Origin: a virus
Lineage: Duplodnaviria; Caudoviricetes
Length of the DNA: 64,000 nucleotides
Strand: one strand, 5' to 3'
Virus record (IMG/VR): IMGVR_UViG_3300029288_003518
Location: 1-64,000 of that record
This document shows, in pieces, positions 1 through 8,212 of this stretch. Under the pieces are notes generated by a model. It did no database searches, was not told the DNA's origin, and worked only from the letters and a program-made list of their open reading frames with translations. The position numbers and the translations under genes were made by a program. Numbering within the stretch: the first letter of the stretch is position 1; every line of letters begins with the position of its first letter.

Positions 1-50
1 AAATAGAAAGGACTGGGTATTAAAAATGAATAAATATGTGACCAGCTCTG

Positions 51-398
51 GTGATCAAAATTCGTTGGGGTAGGCTTTGGGGCACTATGAGCACAGAAAA
101 AGGCTTCAAGAAACAAACCCTATGGGGGGGAGAAGCCGATGATGGTGTTGCTGCGTTAGCTGGAGTAAAACTAAATGTTGTAAGTATTCGCGGGGTTATA
201 AAACCCTGCGATAGCTGCAAGCGTATATCTAGATGTGCTATGTATCAATCGTTTACTAGACACCGATTACGCCATGGAGAGTATAACCAAGGTACTAATA
301 TACTGTTTACTTGCGATATGTATATACCTAATAGTATGCCTGGTGATATAAGAGCTCCAATGATACACGGAAGAACCTCAGGTCAAGATCCCACATAA
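51..398 (+). CDS. hypothetical protein with Cys cluster (true start possibly ATG at 88)
   Basis: ORF track; CDSC...C motif; stop codon abuts the RBS of the next ORF. Confidence 0.6.
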   Translation: MIKIRWGRLWGTMSTEKGFKKQTLWGGEADDGVAALAGVKLNVVSIRGVIKPCDSCKRISRCAMYQSFTRHRLRHGEYNQGTNILFTCDMYIPNSMPGDIRAPMIHGRTSGQDPT

Positions 399-407
399 GG
401 AGTAAAT

Positions 408-572
408 ATGGCTATTTCCAGTCATGAGTTTCAAGGAATGGCTCGGTCAAAAAAGGGCAAGCATAAGACTAGTCCACCTACCGTCAAAGTACCCAAGATA
501 AGTAAAGCTACTAGGGAATTACTAGTACCATATCAATCGCCTCAAAGACGTTCTAATATATCTTTTTCATAG
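408..572 (+). CDS. small basic protein, 54 aa (MAISSHEFQGMARSKKGKHK...)
   Basis: Manual translation; AAGGAG RBS upstream; fills the gap exactly. Confidence 0.7.
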   Translation: MAISSHEFQGMARSKKGKHKTSPPTVKVPKISKATRELLVPYQSPQRRSNISFS

Positions 573-581
573 GAGGAATAC

Positions 582-758
582 ATGTCCAAGAAAAATAATT
601 TGCAGAGTTTGTTTACTCTTATGACTAGCAAAAATAAAAATATAAAGAAGCTGGAGAAGAAGGCTAAACTTACTGTTGCAAGAAGTAAGAGAAGTCCCCG
701 GGGAGAACCAATGTCTAATCCCTTGAGTTACCCAGAGAAGATAAGTTATAATTATTAA
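582..758 (+). CDS. small Lys-rich protein, 58 aa (MSKKNNLQSLF...)
   Basis: Manual translation; AGGAGG RBS. Confidence 0.75.
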   Translation: MSKKNNLQSLFTLMTSKNKNIKKLEKKAKLTVARSKRSPRGEPMSNPLSYPEKISYNY

Positions 759-767
759 GGAGGATAT

Positions 768-965
768 ATGGGATCAGGAGAATTAGGTGTAAGTGAAGCC
801 CCAGCAACTGCAGGTAGCTTTCATTCTATTGGGCCCGGAGGAATACCAATGAAAAAGAAAGTAATGCCAAAAGCTAACCCAAAGAAGCTAACTGCTAATA
901 GAAATTGGAAGAAGAGCTTTTCTAAATTTGGAAGTAAGATATCTGGCGGTAAGAGAGGATCATAA
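768..965 (+). CDS. small Gly/Lys-rich protein
   Basis: ORF track; AAGGAGG RBS. Confidence 0.75.
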   Translation: MGSGELGVSEAPATAGSFHSIGPGGIPMKKKVMPKANPKKLTANRNWKKSFSKFGSKISGGKRGS

Positions 966-1199
966 ATGAAAAAGCAATATATGCCTATAACGGATTTACA
1001 AAAACTAGGATATCTAGTTGAAGAGTGTGGAGAAGTAATGGCTGCAGTTGGTAAGACTATTAGATGGGGATTAGATTCTTCTAATCCGGAGTTACCGGAA
1101 CAAGAAAGAGAAACCAATAGAGACTGGATCTTAAGGGAACTTAAGGATCTTAAGGATGCCATAAAGATTACGGAAGAAGAACTAGAAAGGGATATTTAA
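966..1199 (+). CDS. MazG-like NTP pyrophosphohydrolase
   Basis: EECGEV...ELKDL motif (EExxE...ExxD). Confidence 0.7.
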   Translation: MKKQYMPITDLQKLGYLVEECGEVMAAVGKTIRWGLDSSNPELPEQERETNRDWILRELKDLKDAIKITEEELERDI

Positions 1200-1201
1200 T
1201 T

Positions 1202-2149
1202 ATGAAGAAGTTAGACCCAGAAGTAAAGAAAATGACTTTGAAGCAGAAACAAGAACTTCTCAAGAAAGAAATGGCTATAATAAATAAGAAGTTTAAGAGA
1301 GAAGTAGTTACATTTGGATCAAAGAAAGAGCAAAATAGAATACCATTCAAGAATAAAGATCTCAATGAAAAGACTAGTGGTGGCGTTCCATGTGGAAAGT
1401 TCACTGTTATATGGGGAGACAAGGGATCTTGCAAGACTACTACTTGCTATGAGTTAGTAGCTCAAGCCCAGCAAATGGGAAAGATATGCTTATGGGTAGA
1501 TTTTGAGAGAAGCTATTCTAAGCCTTGGGCGGCTCTTCAAGGAGTTAACCTGGATGATCTAATTTATGCTCCGGCGTTTGAAGACGCAGAATCTGCTATG
1601 GATACTGTGATCAAACTTCTAGAGACTAAAGCTGTAGATATGGTAGTTATTGATTCTATCCAGGGTATGTCTCCTATTGGAGAACAAGAAACTAAGAAGC
1701 ATGTAGAAAAATCAATGGCTGATGATACAATGGCATTGATAGCAAAAAAGTTAAGCCAGTTCTTCAGGAGAAGTTCATTTCAAGTGTGGGAGAGTGACTG
1801 TACATTTATATTAATTGGCCAGACTAGAATCCAACTAGGTAAGTTTATAGCTTTAGCAAAACTAAGTGGAGGACATGCTCTTGAGCATTGGTCATCTATG
1901 ACTATTCATGTTAGTAGAACAGCTAAAGACCAATGGCCTCATATCATGGTAAAGGATCCAGGAGAAGCAAAAGCTCATAAAGAATATACTGGATTCACAG
2001 TTGTTGCTACAGTTGATAAATCTAAAGTAGGCCCTGATGAGGGTAAGAAATCTTATATAGATTTCATGTATGGACAAGGTATGTCTGAAGAAGCAAAAGT
2101 AAAGATAGAAGCTGAATCCGAAGAAGGGCAAAAAGAAGAGGCTGAATAA
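1202..2149 (+). CDS. recA: RecA/UvsX-like recombinase
   Basis: Walker A GDKGSCKTT, VDFERS, Walker B VVIDSI, QTR and SGGHALEH motifs. Confidence 0.9.
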   Translation: MKKLDPEVKKMTLKQKQELLKKEMAIINKKFKREVVTFGSKKEQNRIPFKNKDLNEKTSGGVPCGKFTVIWGDKGSCKTTTCYELVAQAQQMGKICLWVDFERSYSKPWAALQGVNLDDLIYAPAFEDAESAMDTVIKLLETKAVDMVVIDSIQGMSPIGEQETKKHVEKSMADDTMALIAKKLSQFFRRSSFQVWESDCTFILIGQTRIQLGKFIALAKLSGGHALEHWSSMTIHVSRTAKDQWPHIMVKDPGEAKAHKEYTGFTVVATVDKSKVGPDEGKKSYIDFMYGQGMSEEAKVKIEAESEEGQKEEAE

Positions 2150-2328
2150 TGGAAGAAGCAACAAATCTACTTAAGTGTAAATGTGGTAACAAAACTTTCT
2201 ATCACACATGGCTAAATGGATGTGTATGTGATGAGACTACTAATATAATAAGAGTAGTAACAGTAGAACCAGATGAACATTTTTGGTGCGAGAAATGTAA
2301 CAAAGAAGTTAAAAGGGGGGATCTATGA
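2149..2328 (+). CDS. small Zn-ribbon protein, 59 aa
   Basis: Manual translation; CKCG...CEKC; TAATG coupling to recA. Confidence 0.7.
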   Translation: MEEATNLLKCKCGNKTFYHTWLNGCVCDETTNIIRVVTVEPDEHFWCEKCNKEVKRGDL

Positions 2329-2489
2329 TAGATGAATGTGATAACTATCTAGATGGGTTCTGTATTAAAGATTTGGATGCTGGTAGATGTTGGGATTGTA
2401 CAGCGCCAAATAAAGAAGCTAGAGTACGTGAAGCAAAAAAGGGATGGTATATTCCCGGCTGTCCGTATCCAAAGCTCGGCAAGGATTAA
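2325..2489 (+). CDS. small Cys-rich protein, 54 aa
   Basis: Manual translation; ATGA overlap with the previous ORF. Confidence 0.6.
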   Translation: MIDECDNYLDGFCIKDLDAGRCWDCTAPNKEARVREAKKGWYIPGCPYPKLGKD

Positions 2490-2690
2490 ATGGGAATTAA
2501 ATTTGGAGGGATGTTTACGATGAAGAAATTGAACAAGATAATATTCACCTATGAAGATGGAACTTCTAATGCTATAGAAGATCCTCGTGCATGCCTATTA
2601 TTTCAAAGCAGATGTAATTCATCCGGTGTTTTATCTGGGATGGAAGATTATATTGTCGATGTCAAACCAGGAGAGAAAGATGCTGCTTAA
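2490..2690 (+). CDS. hypothetical protein (start possibly 2511 or 2520)
   Basis: ORF track; GGAGG before the internal ATGs. Confidence 0.65.
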   Translation: MGIKFGGMFTMKKLNKIIFTYEDGTSNAIEDPRACLLFQSRCNSSGVLSGMEDYIVDVKPGEKDAA

Positions 2691-2970
2691 CCAATTAAGT
2701 AGGGAAGTAGCTGAATGGAGAAAGAAAAAAGGATTTAAAACTGGATGGGATAATATGCCAGAGAAGCTTATGCTTGTAGTAACAGAGCTGTCAGAGGCTA
2801 TGGAGGCGTATCGACATGATGATAACAAGAACTTTAAGGAGGAGATTGCTGACACTTTTATTCGACTTTGCGATATCTGCGGGAGCGTTGATATTGACAT
2901 CGAAAGCGAGATCCGCAACAAGATGGCGATCAATAAGGACCGGCCCTACAAACATGGGAAGAAATGCTAA
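2680..2970 (+). CDS. MazG-like NTP pyrophosphohydrolase (second copy)
   Basis: KLMLVVTELSEAMEAYR...EEIADTFIRLCD...KMAINKDRPYKHGK; start trimmed to the ATG following AGGAG. Confidence 0.85.
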   Translation: MLLNQLSREVAEWRKKKGFKTGWDNMPEKLMLVVTELSEAMEAYRHDDNKNFKEEIADTFIRLCDICGSVDIDIESEIRNKMAINKDRPYKHGKKC

Positions 2971-3128
2971 GTCATATAGAAGTAAACTCGGTAGATGTAG
3001 TACCGGGGAATTGGTATCAAGTACGCACATTAGTTAATAAAGCCACTGGTGAACATGTTGTAGTCAGAGAAGAATGCTTTTGGCTGGATGAACAATGGAA
3101 TAAAAAACAAGGAGACTGGGATGAATAA
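2964..3128 (+). CDS. hypothetical protein, 54 aa (MLSHIEVNSVDVVPGNWY...)
   Basis: Manual translation; short overlaps with both neighbours. Confidence 0.6.
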   Translation: MLSHIEVNSVDVVPGNWYQVRTLVNKATGEHVVVREECFWLDEQWNKKQGDWDE

Positions 3129-3270
3129 AGTCATGAGATGCTTATATTGTGATGGGCCTTGTAAGGTCAGTGATGATACTGGTAAGCTGATTATGGACTG
3201 TCCCAATTGTGGAGTAAAAGAATTAACCAAGCCTGGTTTTGACAGGATGGAAGCTAAGGAGAAATTATGA
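3121..3270 (+). CDS. small Zn-ribbon protein
   Basis: CLYC...CPNC; AAGGAG RBS. Confidence 0.7.
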   Translation: MNKVMRCLYCDGPCKVSDDTGKLIMDCPNCGVKELTKPGFDRMEAKEKL

Positions 3271-3515
3271 TTACAGTTAGAAATATAAGGAAGATGGAAC
3301 AGGGGAATGTTAAGGCATACTTTGATGCTACAGTCAATGGTGTAGAGATCAAAGGACTTAAACTTGTCCTATCTACAAAAGATGGAAATTTATTCTTGTC
3401 TTTTCCGTCGGAGAAAGGTAAAGACGGTAAATACTATAACATAGTGTTTATTGAAGATGTTAATCTGAAGAAAGAAGTTGAAGACTTCTTAATTGATACA
3501 TATAATAAAGCTTAA
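3267..3515 (+). CDS. spoVG: SpoVG-family nucleic-acid-binding protein
   Basis: VKAYFDATVNG.EIKGLKL...GNLFLSFPS.K.KDGKYYNIV pattern. Confidence 0.8.
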   Translation: MITVRNIRKMEQGNVKAYFDATVNGVEIKGLKLVLSTKDGNLFLSFPSEKGKDGKYYNIVFIEDVNLKKEVEDFLIDTYNKA

Positions 3516-3530
3516 GCTTAGAAAGGAACT

Positions 3531-3866
3531 ATGTTAGAGAAAGATTTTGTACAGATGCTTGGAAAGATGGAAGATGAAGAACATGCTATAATGGGTACAA
3601 AAGGCATGGAGTATACTCAAGGAGATCTGGCCAAAGATAGGTTGGCTAACTTCTATAGATTAGGCGAAGAATTGGATCTTGATCCTAAAATAGTATTATG
3701 GGTATATCTTAAAAAACATCTTGATAGTATAGTATGTTTTATAAAACAGAATAAAGTGTATTCTGATGAATCTATAGAAGGACGCATACATGATGCTCGT
3801 AATTATTTGGCATTGCTTAATGGAATAATTACACAGCAGAAAGTTGCGGATACGAAAGAGAAATAA
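3531..3866 (+). CDS. DUF1599-like / nucleotide-modification-associated helical protein
   Basis: KGxEY...D.LANF...ESIEGRIHDARNYL pattern common in phage proteins. Confidence 0.55.
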   Translation: MLEKDFVQMLGKMEDEEHAIMGTKGMEYTQGDLAKDRLANFYRLGEELDLDPKIVLWVYLKKHLDSIVCFIKQNKVYSDESIEGRIHDARNYLALLNGIITQQKVADTKEK

Positions 3867-3869
3867 CAA

Positions 3870-4226
3870 ATGTTTCCGATATGGTTCTTCTTCTTAATGA
3901 TGGGATTTTTTGCATTCATCCAGATAGAGTTTTGGATGATGTTTCCCAGGAAATTAAGAAATATACTTGTAGCTAATCCAGTTCTAGCATTTATAATAAC
4001 TTTTGTTTCAGGACTAAGCATTATGGCATTTACCGGTATGGCGAGTTTTGTAGGTATGGCTAACGTATGTGCTGATATTGTTTTTACTGCGTGGGTCCTA
4101 ATATACAAACATCAAAATGGGATCAAGGGATTAGCTATTGACTGGTATAGAATGTTTAAGTTTATACCTATATTTCCCAAGTTAGTTGTTTCATACGAAC
4201 TTAATGGAAAGAAATGGGTAGAATAG
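3870..4226 (+). CDS. membrane protein (about 3 TM segments)
   Basis: Long hydrophobic stretches. Confidence 0.7.
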   Translation: MFPIWFFFLMMGFFAFIQIEFWMMFPRKLRNILVANPVLAFIITFVSGLSIMAFTGMASFVGMANVCADIVFTAWVLIYKHQNGIKGLAIDWYRMFKFIPIFPKLVVSYELNGKKWVE

Positions 4227-4229
4227 ATA

Positions 4230-4299
4230 TTCCCGTGGGATGGTTCAACTATAAAAAAACTACACTAAAAACCGAAAATATGGACTGTCCCACTGGGAA
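4230..4299 (+). other. intergenic inverted repeat / RNA stem-loop (about 18-bp stem, 33-nt A-rich loop)
   Basis: TTCCCGTGGGATGGTTCA (4230-4247) pairs with TGGACTGTCCCACTGGGAA (4281-4299) using G-U pairs and one bulge. Confidence 0.55.
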
Positions 4300-4317
4300 G
4301 TTTAATCAGGAGTTAAT

Positions 4318-4479
4318 ATGAATGTTAAAGAAGATTACCAAAAATTAATAGACAAAATATCACCAGGTAGGATAGTTGTCTGGAAAGACGGAACACATAT
4401 TTATGTACCAGATGGTATCACTTGGGAATATTAAGGTGATGAAGATTGGCTGGTTACTATACCCGCGGAGGTAAAATGA
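4318..4479 (+). pseudogene. small ORF interrupted by an in-frame TAA at 4432-4434
   Basis: AGGAG RBS; MNVKEDY...GITWEY*GDEDWLVTIPAEVK*; the read-through frame ends in an ATGA overlap with the next gene. Confidence 0.55.
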
Positions 4480-4814
4480 AGGAGCTAATTAAGGGAGGCA
4501 AAGCAGAGGGAATGGACTGCGAAGCTATAGCGAAGAAGCATAAAGTTCCGGTGGAAGATATTAAGGCTCAGGAGAAAAAGGGAATAGTTATTGAGCACGA
4601 GCATACTCCTGACGATGATATAGCTGCTGAGATATCTAGAGATCACTTGGTAGAGCATCCATTTTATTATGACTATCTCGAAGAGATGGAAAAGGAAATG
4701 GAAAAGGACTACGAAGAAAAAGAGTATGGTAAGAAAGATCGAACCAAACAAGAAGAATCTGAAGATAAAACAGATGCTGACAAAGTAAAAAGACTCAAGA
4801 AATTATTTGGGTAA
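4476..4814 (+). CDS. DUF5661-like protein
   Basis: EHEHT.D..IA.EIS.DHL.E.P.YY..L..ME motif; GGAGG RBS before ATG 4476. Confidence 0.7.
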   Translation: MKELIKGGKAEGMDCEAIAKKHKVPVEDIKAQEKKGIVIEHEHTPDDDIAAEISRDHLVEHPFYYDYLEEMEKEMEKDYEEKEYGKKDRTKQEESEDKTDADKVKRLKKLFG

Positions 4815-4823
4815 GGAGATTTA

Positions 4824-5252
4824 ATGAAAGATGTAGTAATTAAAAAAACAGAGTTACTTGATATATTAAAGAAGAACCTAGCAATGCATAAGGATCTTTA
4901 TGATTCAGCTGCGGCAGCTTTTAGAGAAAAATATATGGCTGAACTCAACAAAATGCTATTAAAGTCTGCTGAATCGAATGATTTTCAAATGTCTGTTAAT
5001 TTACAGAAACCAGAAAATCGAGAAGATGATTACGAAGTAGCTATTAGAATGTTGGAAGTAGAATGTCGGGATGAAGTTACATTAGAAGAACAAGAATTTG
5101 CTAAGTATGTTCTTAATAAATGGCATTGGATTCATACATTCTATTCTTCTTTTTCATCTAATACTGGGTATAGTGGAATATCGGGATATTCCGGTTATTC
5201 AGGAACCCAATATACACCAAGTGATATGAGGAAATATTTTACTGGAGCATAG
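4824..5252 (+). CDS. hypothetical protein with C-terminal TGYSGISGYSGYSG tag
   Basis: ORF track; AAGGAG RBS. Confidence 0.8.
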   Translation: MKDVVIKKTELLDILKKNLAMHKDLYDSAAAAFREKYMAELNKMLLKSAESNDFQMSVNLQKPENREDDYEVAIRMLEVECRDEVTLEEQEFAKYVLNKWHWIHTFYSSFSSNTGYSGISGYSGYSGTQYTPSDMRKYFTGA

Positions 5253-5266
5253 ATAAGGAGCTAACA

Positions 5267-5425
5267 ATGGCATATGGAAAAACACCAGCTGGAAAAGCTA
5301 AACCATCAAACTATCCCTTCGGTCAAACCGGCGGCACAGAAATGACTGCATCTAATAAAACAAAGATGAGCAGCAAACAATTAAAACAATGGGCAAATCT
5401 AAAGCCCAAGAGTAACAAGAAATAA
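5267..5425 (+). CDS. small Lys-rich protein, 52 aa (MAYGKTPAGKAKPS...)
   Basis: Manual translation; TAAGGAG RBS. Confidence 0.75.
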   Translation: MAYGKTPAGKAKPSNYPFGQTGGTEMTASNKTKMSSKQLKQWANLKPKSNKK

Positions 5426-5455
5426 AATCTTAGAAAAAAGGAGGATACAAAAAAC

Positions 5456-5572
5456 ATGATTGACAAGAATGCTAGTGGCAAAGTTAAAGGTGGAAAAGTA
5501 GGTAAAATGTTTCCGTTAGAGTCAAAAGGAGCAAAAGGCAAGATCGGTGGTTCATCTAAGAAAGGTAAATAA
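5456..5572 (+). CDS. small Lys/Gly-rich protein, 38 aa (MIDKNASGKVKGGKVGK...)
   Basis: Manual translation; AAGGAGG RBS. Confidence 0.7.
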   Translation: MIDKNASGKVKGGKVGKMFPLESKGAKGKIGGSSKKGK

Positions 5573-5576
5573 CTAA

Positions 5577-6395
5577 ATGAAAACAGCCCTAGTAACTGGA
5601 GGGACGGGCTTTATAGGTTATAACTTGGCTAATGCATTGCATAGCAAGGGCTATAAAGTAGTCGTTCTAGACAAAGCCTTAAACAATATTAAGCACTTAA
5701 ACCCCAATATAAATTTTATATTAAATGATGTTCGTAAGGTAGACTTCTCTATATCATTCGACGTAGTGTATCACTTAGCCGCCTTAAGATCACTACCGGA
5801 CTCATTTATATATCCTAAGGAGTATATATCTACTAATGTATGGGGTACATATAATATTATAAAGTCGTTCCCCAGTTCTAGGGTTGTTTTTGCTTCATCC
5901 TCAGCAGCCGCAGAATCAAAGAGTGTTTATGGCTTGACTAAGAAATCCGCAGAGCATTTCGTAAACCTACATAATAATGCAGTATCTGTAAGATTCATGA
6001 ATGTATTTGGAGAAAGACAAATAGATCTACAGATGGCAGTACCTGCTTTCTGTTATGCTCTTAAACAAAATAAGAAAGCAATTATTAATGGGGATGGAAA
6101 ACTACAGAGGGACTATACATATGTAACAGATTTGGTCACAGAGTTAATCAGTATAGGCGAGTCTCGGATAAAAGGACAAACAGAGACCGGTTATGGAACT
6201 CCTATAAGTATAATAGATTTGTATAAATTGTTAGCCCGCACGGCTAAAAAGAAAGAGAATTTTAAATTTGGTCCCGTTAGGAAAGGGGACATGAAGTTTA
6301 CCTGTTCTAAGTATAAGATTAAGGAGCCTAAGTATGGATTTATGGAAGGAATAAGACGAACAGTAAGATGGTATTTAGAAGAGGAGAGTTTTTAA
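5577..6395 (+). CDS. NAD-dependent nucleotide-sugar epimerase/dehydratase (extended SDR)
   Basis: TGGTGFIG, HLAA, YGLTK (YxxxK), RFMNVFG, RDYTYV. Confidence 0.9.
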   Translation: MKTALVTGGTGFIGYNLANALHSKGYKVVVLDKALNNIKHLNPNINFILNDVRKVDFSISFDVVYHLAALRSLPDSFIYPKEYISTNVWGTYNIIKSFPSSRVVFASSSAAAESKSVYGLTKKSAEHFVNLHNNAVSVRFMNVFGERQIDLQMAVPAFCYALKQNKKAIINGDGKLQRDYTYVTDLVTELISIGESRIKGQTETGYGTPISIIDLYKLLARTAKKKENFKFGPVRKGDMKFTCSKYKIKEPKYGFMEGIRRTVRWYLEEESF

Positions 6396-6589
6396 TGACA
6401 GTAACTAAAGGAAGAGGTACATATAAAGTAAAAGCCTATATTGAGTATGAGATAGAGGCAGATGATGATATTGAAGCAATAGATAGATTGACAGAGTGTC
6501 TTATTAAAGATCTTGAGGAAGGCGAAGACATAAGAGAAATAGCTGAAGTAGCTGCAGAGAAGATTAGTGATCATGACTTAAAGGACTAA
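6395..6589 (+). CDS. small acidic hypothetical protein
   Basis: ORF track; start trimmed to the TAATG-coupled ATG. Confidence 0.65.
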   Translation: MTVTKGRGTYKVKAYIEYEIEADDDIEAIDRLTECLIKDLEEGEDIREIAEVAAEKISDHDLKD

Positions 6590-6590
6590 A

Positions 6591-6956
6591 ATGCCGCAAG
6601 GTGAATGGGATGGAGAGTCAAATGAACAACCAAGAGAAGAGAATAATCCTACAATAAGCTTTGGGGAAGGTGCTATAACTTGGAGTACAATATTCTCAGA
6701 TACTGGAATGACCATAGGTTCACCAGTTCTTACCATAAGATCACAAGAAACCAATATAAACCCTACCGGTCTTACCCAAACACATTCCCGATACACCACT
6801 CCAATACAGTATACCTTAAACAACCAGAGCTGGAAATATACTTTTGCTTTTGCATTAAGCCTTATATTTGGCCCGTGGTTATGTATATGGTCTAAGCTTA
6901 TGAATAGACCTGCTGGATTCAAGATAACTAATACACATAGAGGATGGGACAGATGA
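6591..6956 (+). CDS. hypothetical protein with one C-terminal TM segment
   Basis: ORF fills the gap; hydrophobic FAFALSLIFGPWLCIW. Confidence 0.55.
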   Translation: MPQGEWDGESNEQPREENNPTISFGEGAITWSTIFSDTGMTIGSPVLTIRSQETNINPTGLTQTHSRYTTPIQYTLNNQSWKYTFAFALSLIFGPWLCIWSKLMNRPAGFKITNTHRGWDR

Positions 6957-7693
6957 GTAAGATAGAGGCTGTTATTGGCGGCAAGGCAAAAGGAATAGCA
7001 GATCAGGTAGCTATTGATCTGGCTCTGGGCTGTAAGAATCAGTGCGTAGGATGTTACGCAAAGAAATCATGCCAGAGGGGGAAACATTATGATAAGGTTA
7101 TTGATAAAGAATTGGATAAAAAGGTGCTTGCACGGAGTCTCCAGCTTGCTAAGGCCAAAGGATTTCAATTGGCACGAGTTGGGAAACACTGTGATCCGGG
7201 AGACCATCTTAACAGTCTTAACGGTGTGCTTGACTGTTGCAACACTGAGCGTTTTAGGTGCATCGTTGTAAGTAAGTCCTTGACATTCAATGAAGAAACT
7301 GCTATACTATTACGAACTGGGAATCATGTTCTTCATATGTCACTAGGGCCATTTTCTTCTATCGCGCCGGCAGAAGAAGAAAGAGTTGATACAGCTAATA
7401 AATATAGAGATAGCGGAGTTAAAACCGCTATCAGATTAACCAGAGACGTTACTCAAATGATCTCGAGCTTAGATATAGACGTCGCGGCAGCGTTCAAATA
7501 TATCGTGACTCCGATGAGATATCAATCAAAAAGTCTTATGGACTTTTATAGTGCACGAGCAAGAGACTTTGAGTTTGTCTCCGGTTATTATCGTCCGAAG
7601 ATAATAAATGATACCTGGAAGAAGTATATGATTAATGTTTGTGGTGAAATTAATAATGAATTGTTCTGCTGTAACTGTCTTGAAAATATATAG
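6944..7693 (+). CDS. radical SAM-family protein
   Basis: GCKNQCVGCYA (CxxxCxxC), DP motif, C-terminal C...CCNC. Confidence 0.75.
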   Translation: MGQMSKIEAVIGGKAKGIADQVAIDLALGCKNQCVGCYAKKSCQRGKHYDKVIDKELDKKVLARSLQLAKAKGFQLARVGKHCDPGDHLNSLNGVLDCCNTERFRCIVVSKSLTFNEETAILLRTGNHVLHMSLGPFSSIAPAEEERVDTANKYRDSGVKTAIRLTRDVTQMISSLDIDVAAAFKYIVTPMRYQSKSLMDFYSARARDFEFVSGYYRPKIINDTWKKYMINVCGEINNELFCCNCLENI

Positions 7694-7708
7694 TTTATAT
7701 GGTATAAT
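7680..7708 (+). promoter_or_regulatory. sigma70-type promoter with extended -10
   Basis: TTGAAA-17 nt-TATAAT with TG at -15/-14. Confidence 0.8.
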
Positions 7709-7719
7709 AGATATAGATT

Positions 7720-7908
7720 ATGAGATATGATGAGCCGAAGAATAATGAATGGATCAAACCAATATATAGAAATTATAAAATGATGTGTTGTGATTGTGGT
7801 CTAGTTCATAATACAGATTTTAGGATATATAAAGGAAAAATACAATTTAGGGTCAGGAGAAATAATAGATCAACAGCACTTGCCAGGAGAGTATATGACA
7901 GAAATTGA
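7720..7908 (+). CDS. small Zn-binding protein
   Basis: CCDCGLVH motif. Confidence 0.7.
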   Translation: MRYDEPKNNEWIKPIYRNYKMMCCDCGLVHNTDFRIYKGKIQFRVRRNNRSTALARRVYDRN

Positions 7909-8212
7909 TCCAATTAGGACAGATTATCCAGAAGTTCATTTGGAAGAAGAGCATGGCTGGGGACAATTTTCACCAGAAGTAGCATGGTATATCTACGACT
8001 TCTTTAGGTTTGAGCTTACACCCTGGGAGAAATTGGTCTTCTATAGCTATTATATAAATGGGTTTACTCTTATGGATATAGCTGCATCTGCTGATTGTAC
8101 ATTTCAGAATATAGGTATAGTAGTAAAAAGAATAGAGAAAAAATTGCATTATAGGTGGAACCATAAGAAAAACTGGAAGGCAAGGACAGATGACTATAAA
8201 TCAAGAGATTAA
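7895..8212 (+). CDS. sigma70 region-4-like HTH protein
   Basis: LTPWEKLVFYSYYINGFTLMDIA...TFQNI...KRIEKKL; AGGAG RBS before ATG 7895. Confidence 0.7.
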   Translation: MTEIDPIRTDYPEVHLEEEHGWGQFSPEVAWYIYDFFRFELTPWEKLVFYSYYINGFTLMDIAASADCTFQNIGIVVKRIEKKLHYRWNHKKNWKARTDDYKSRD

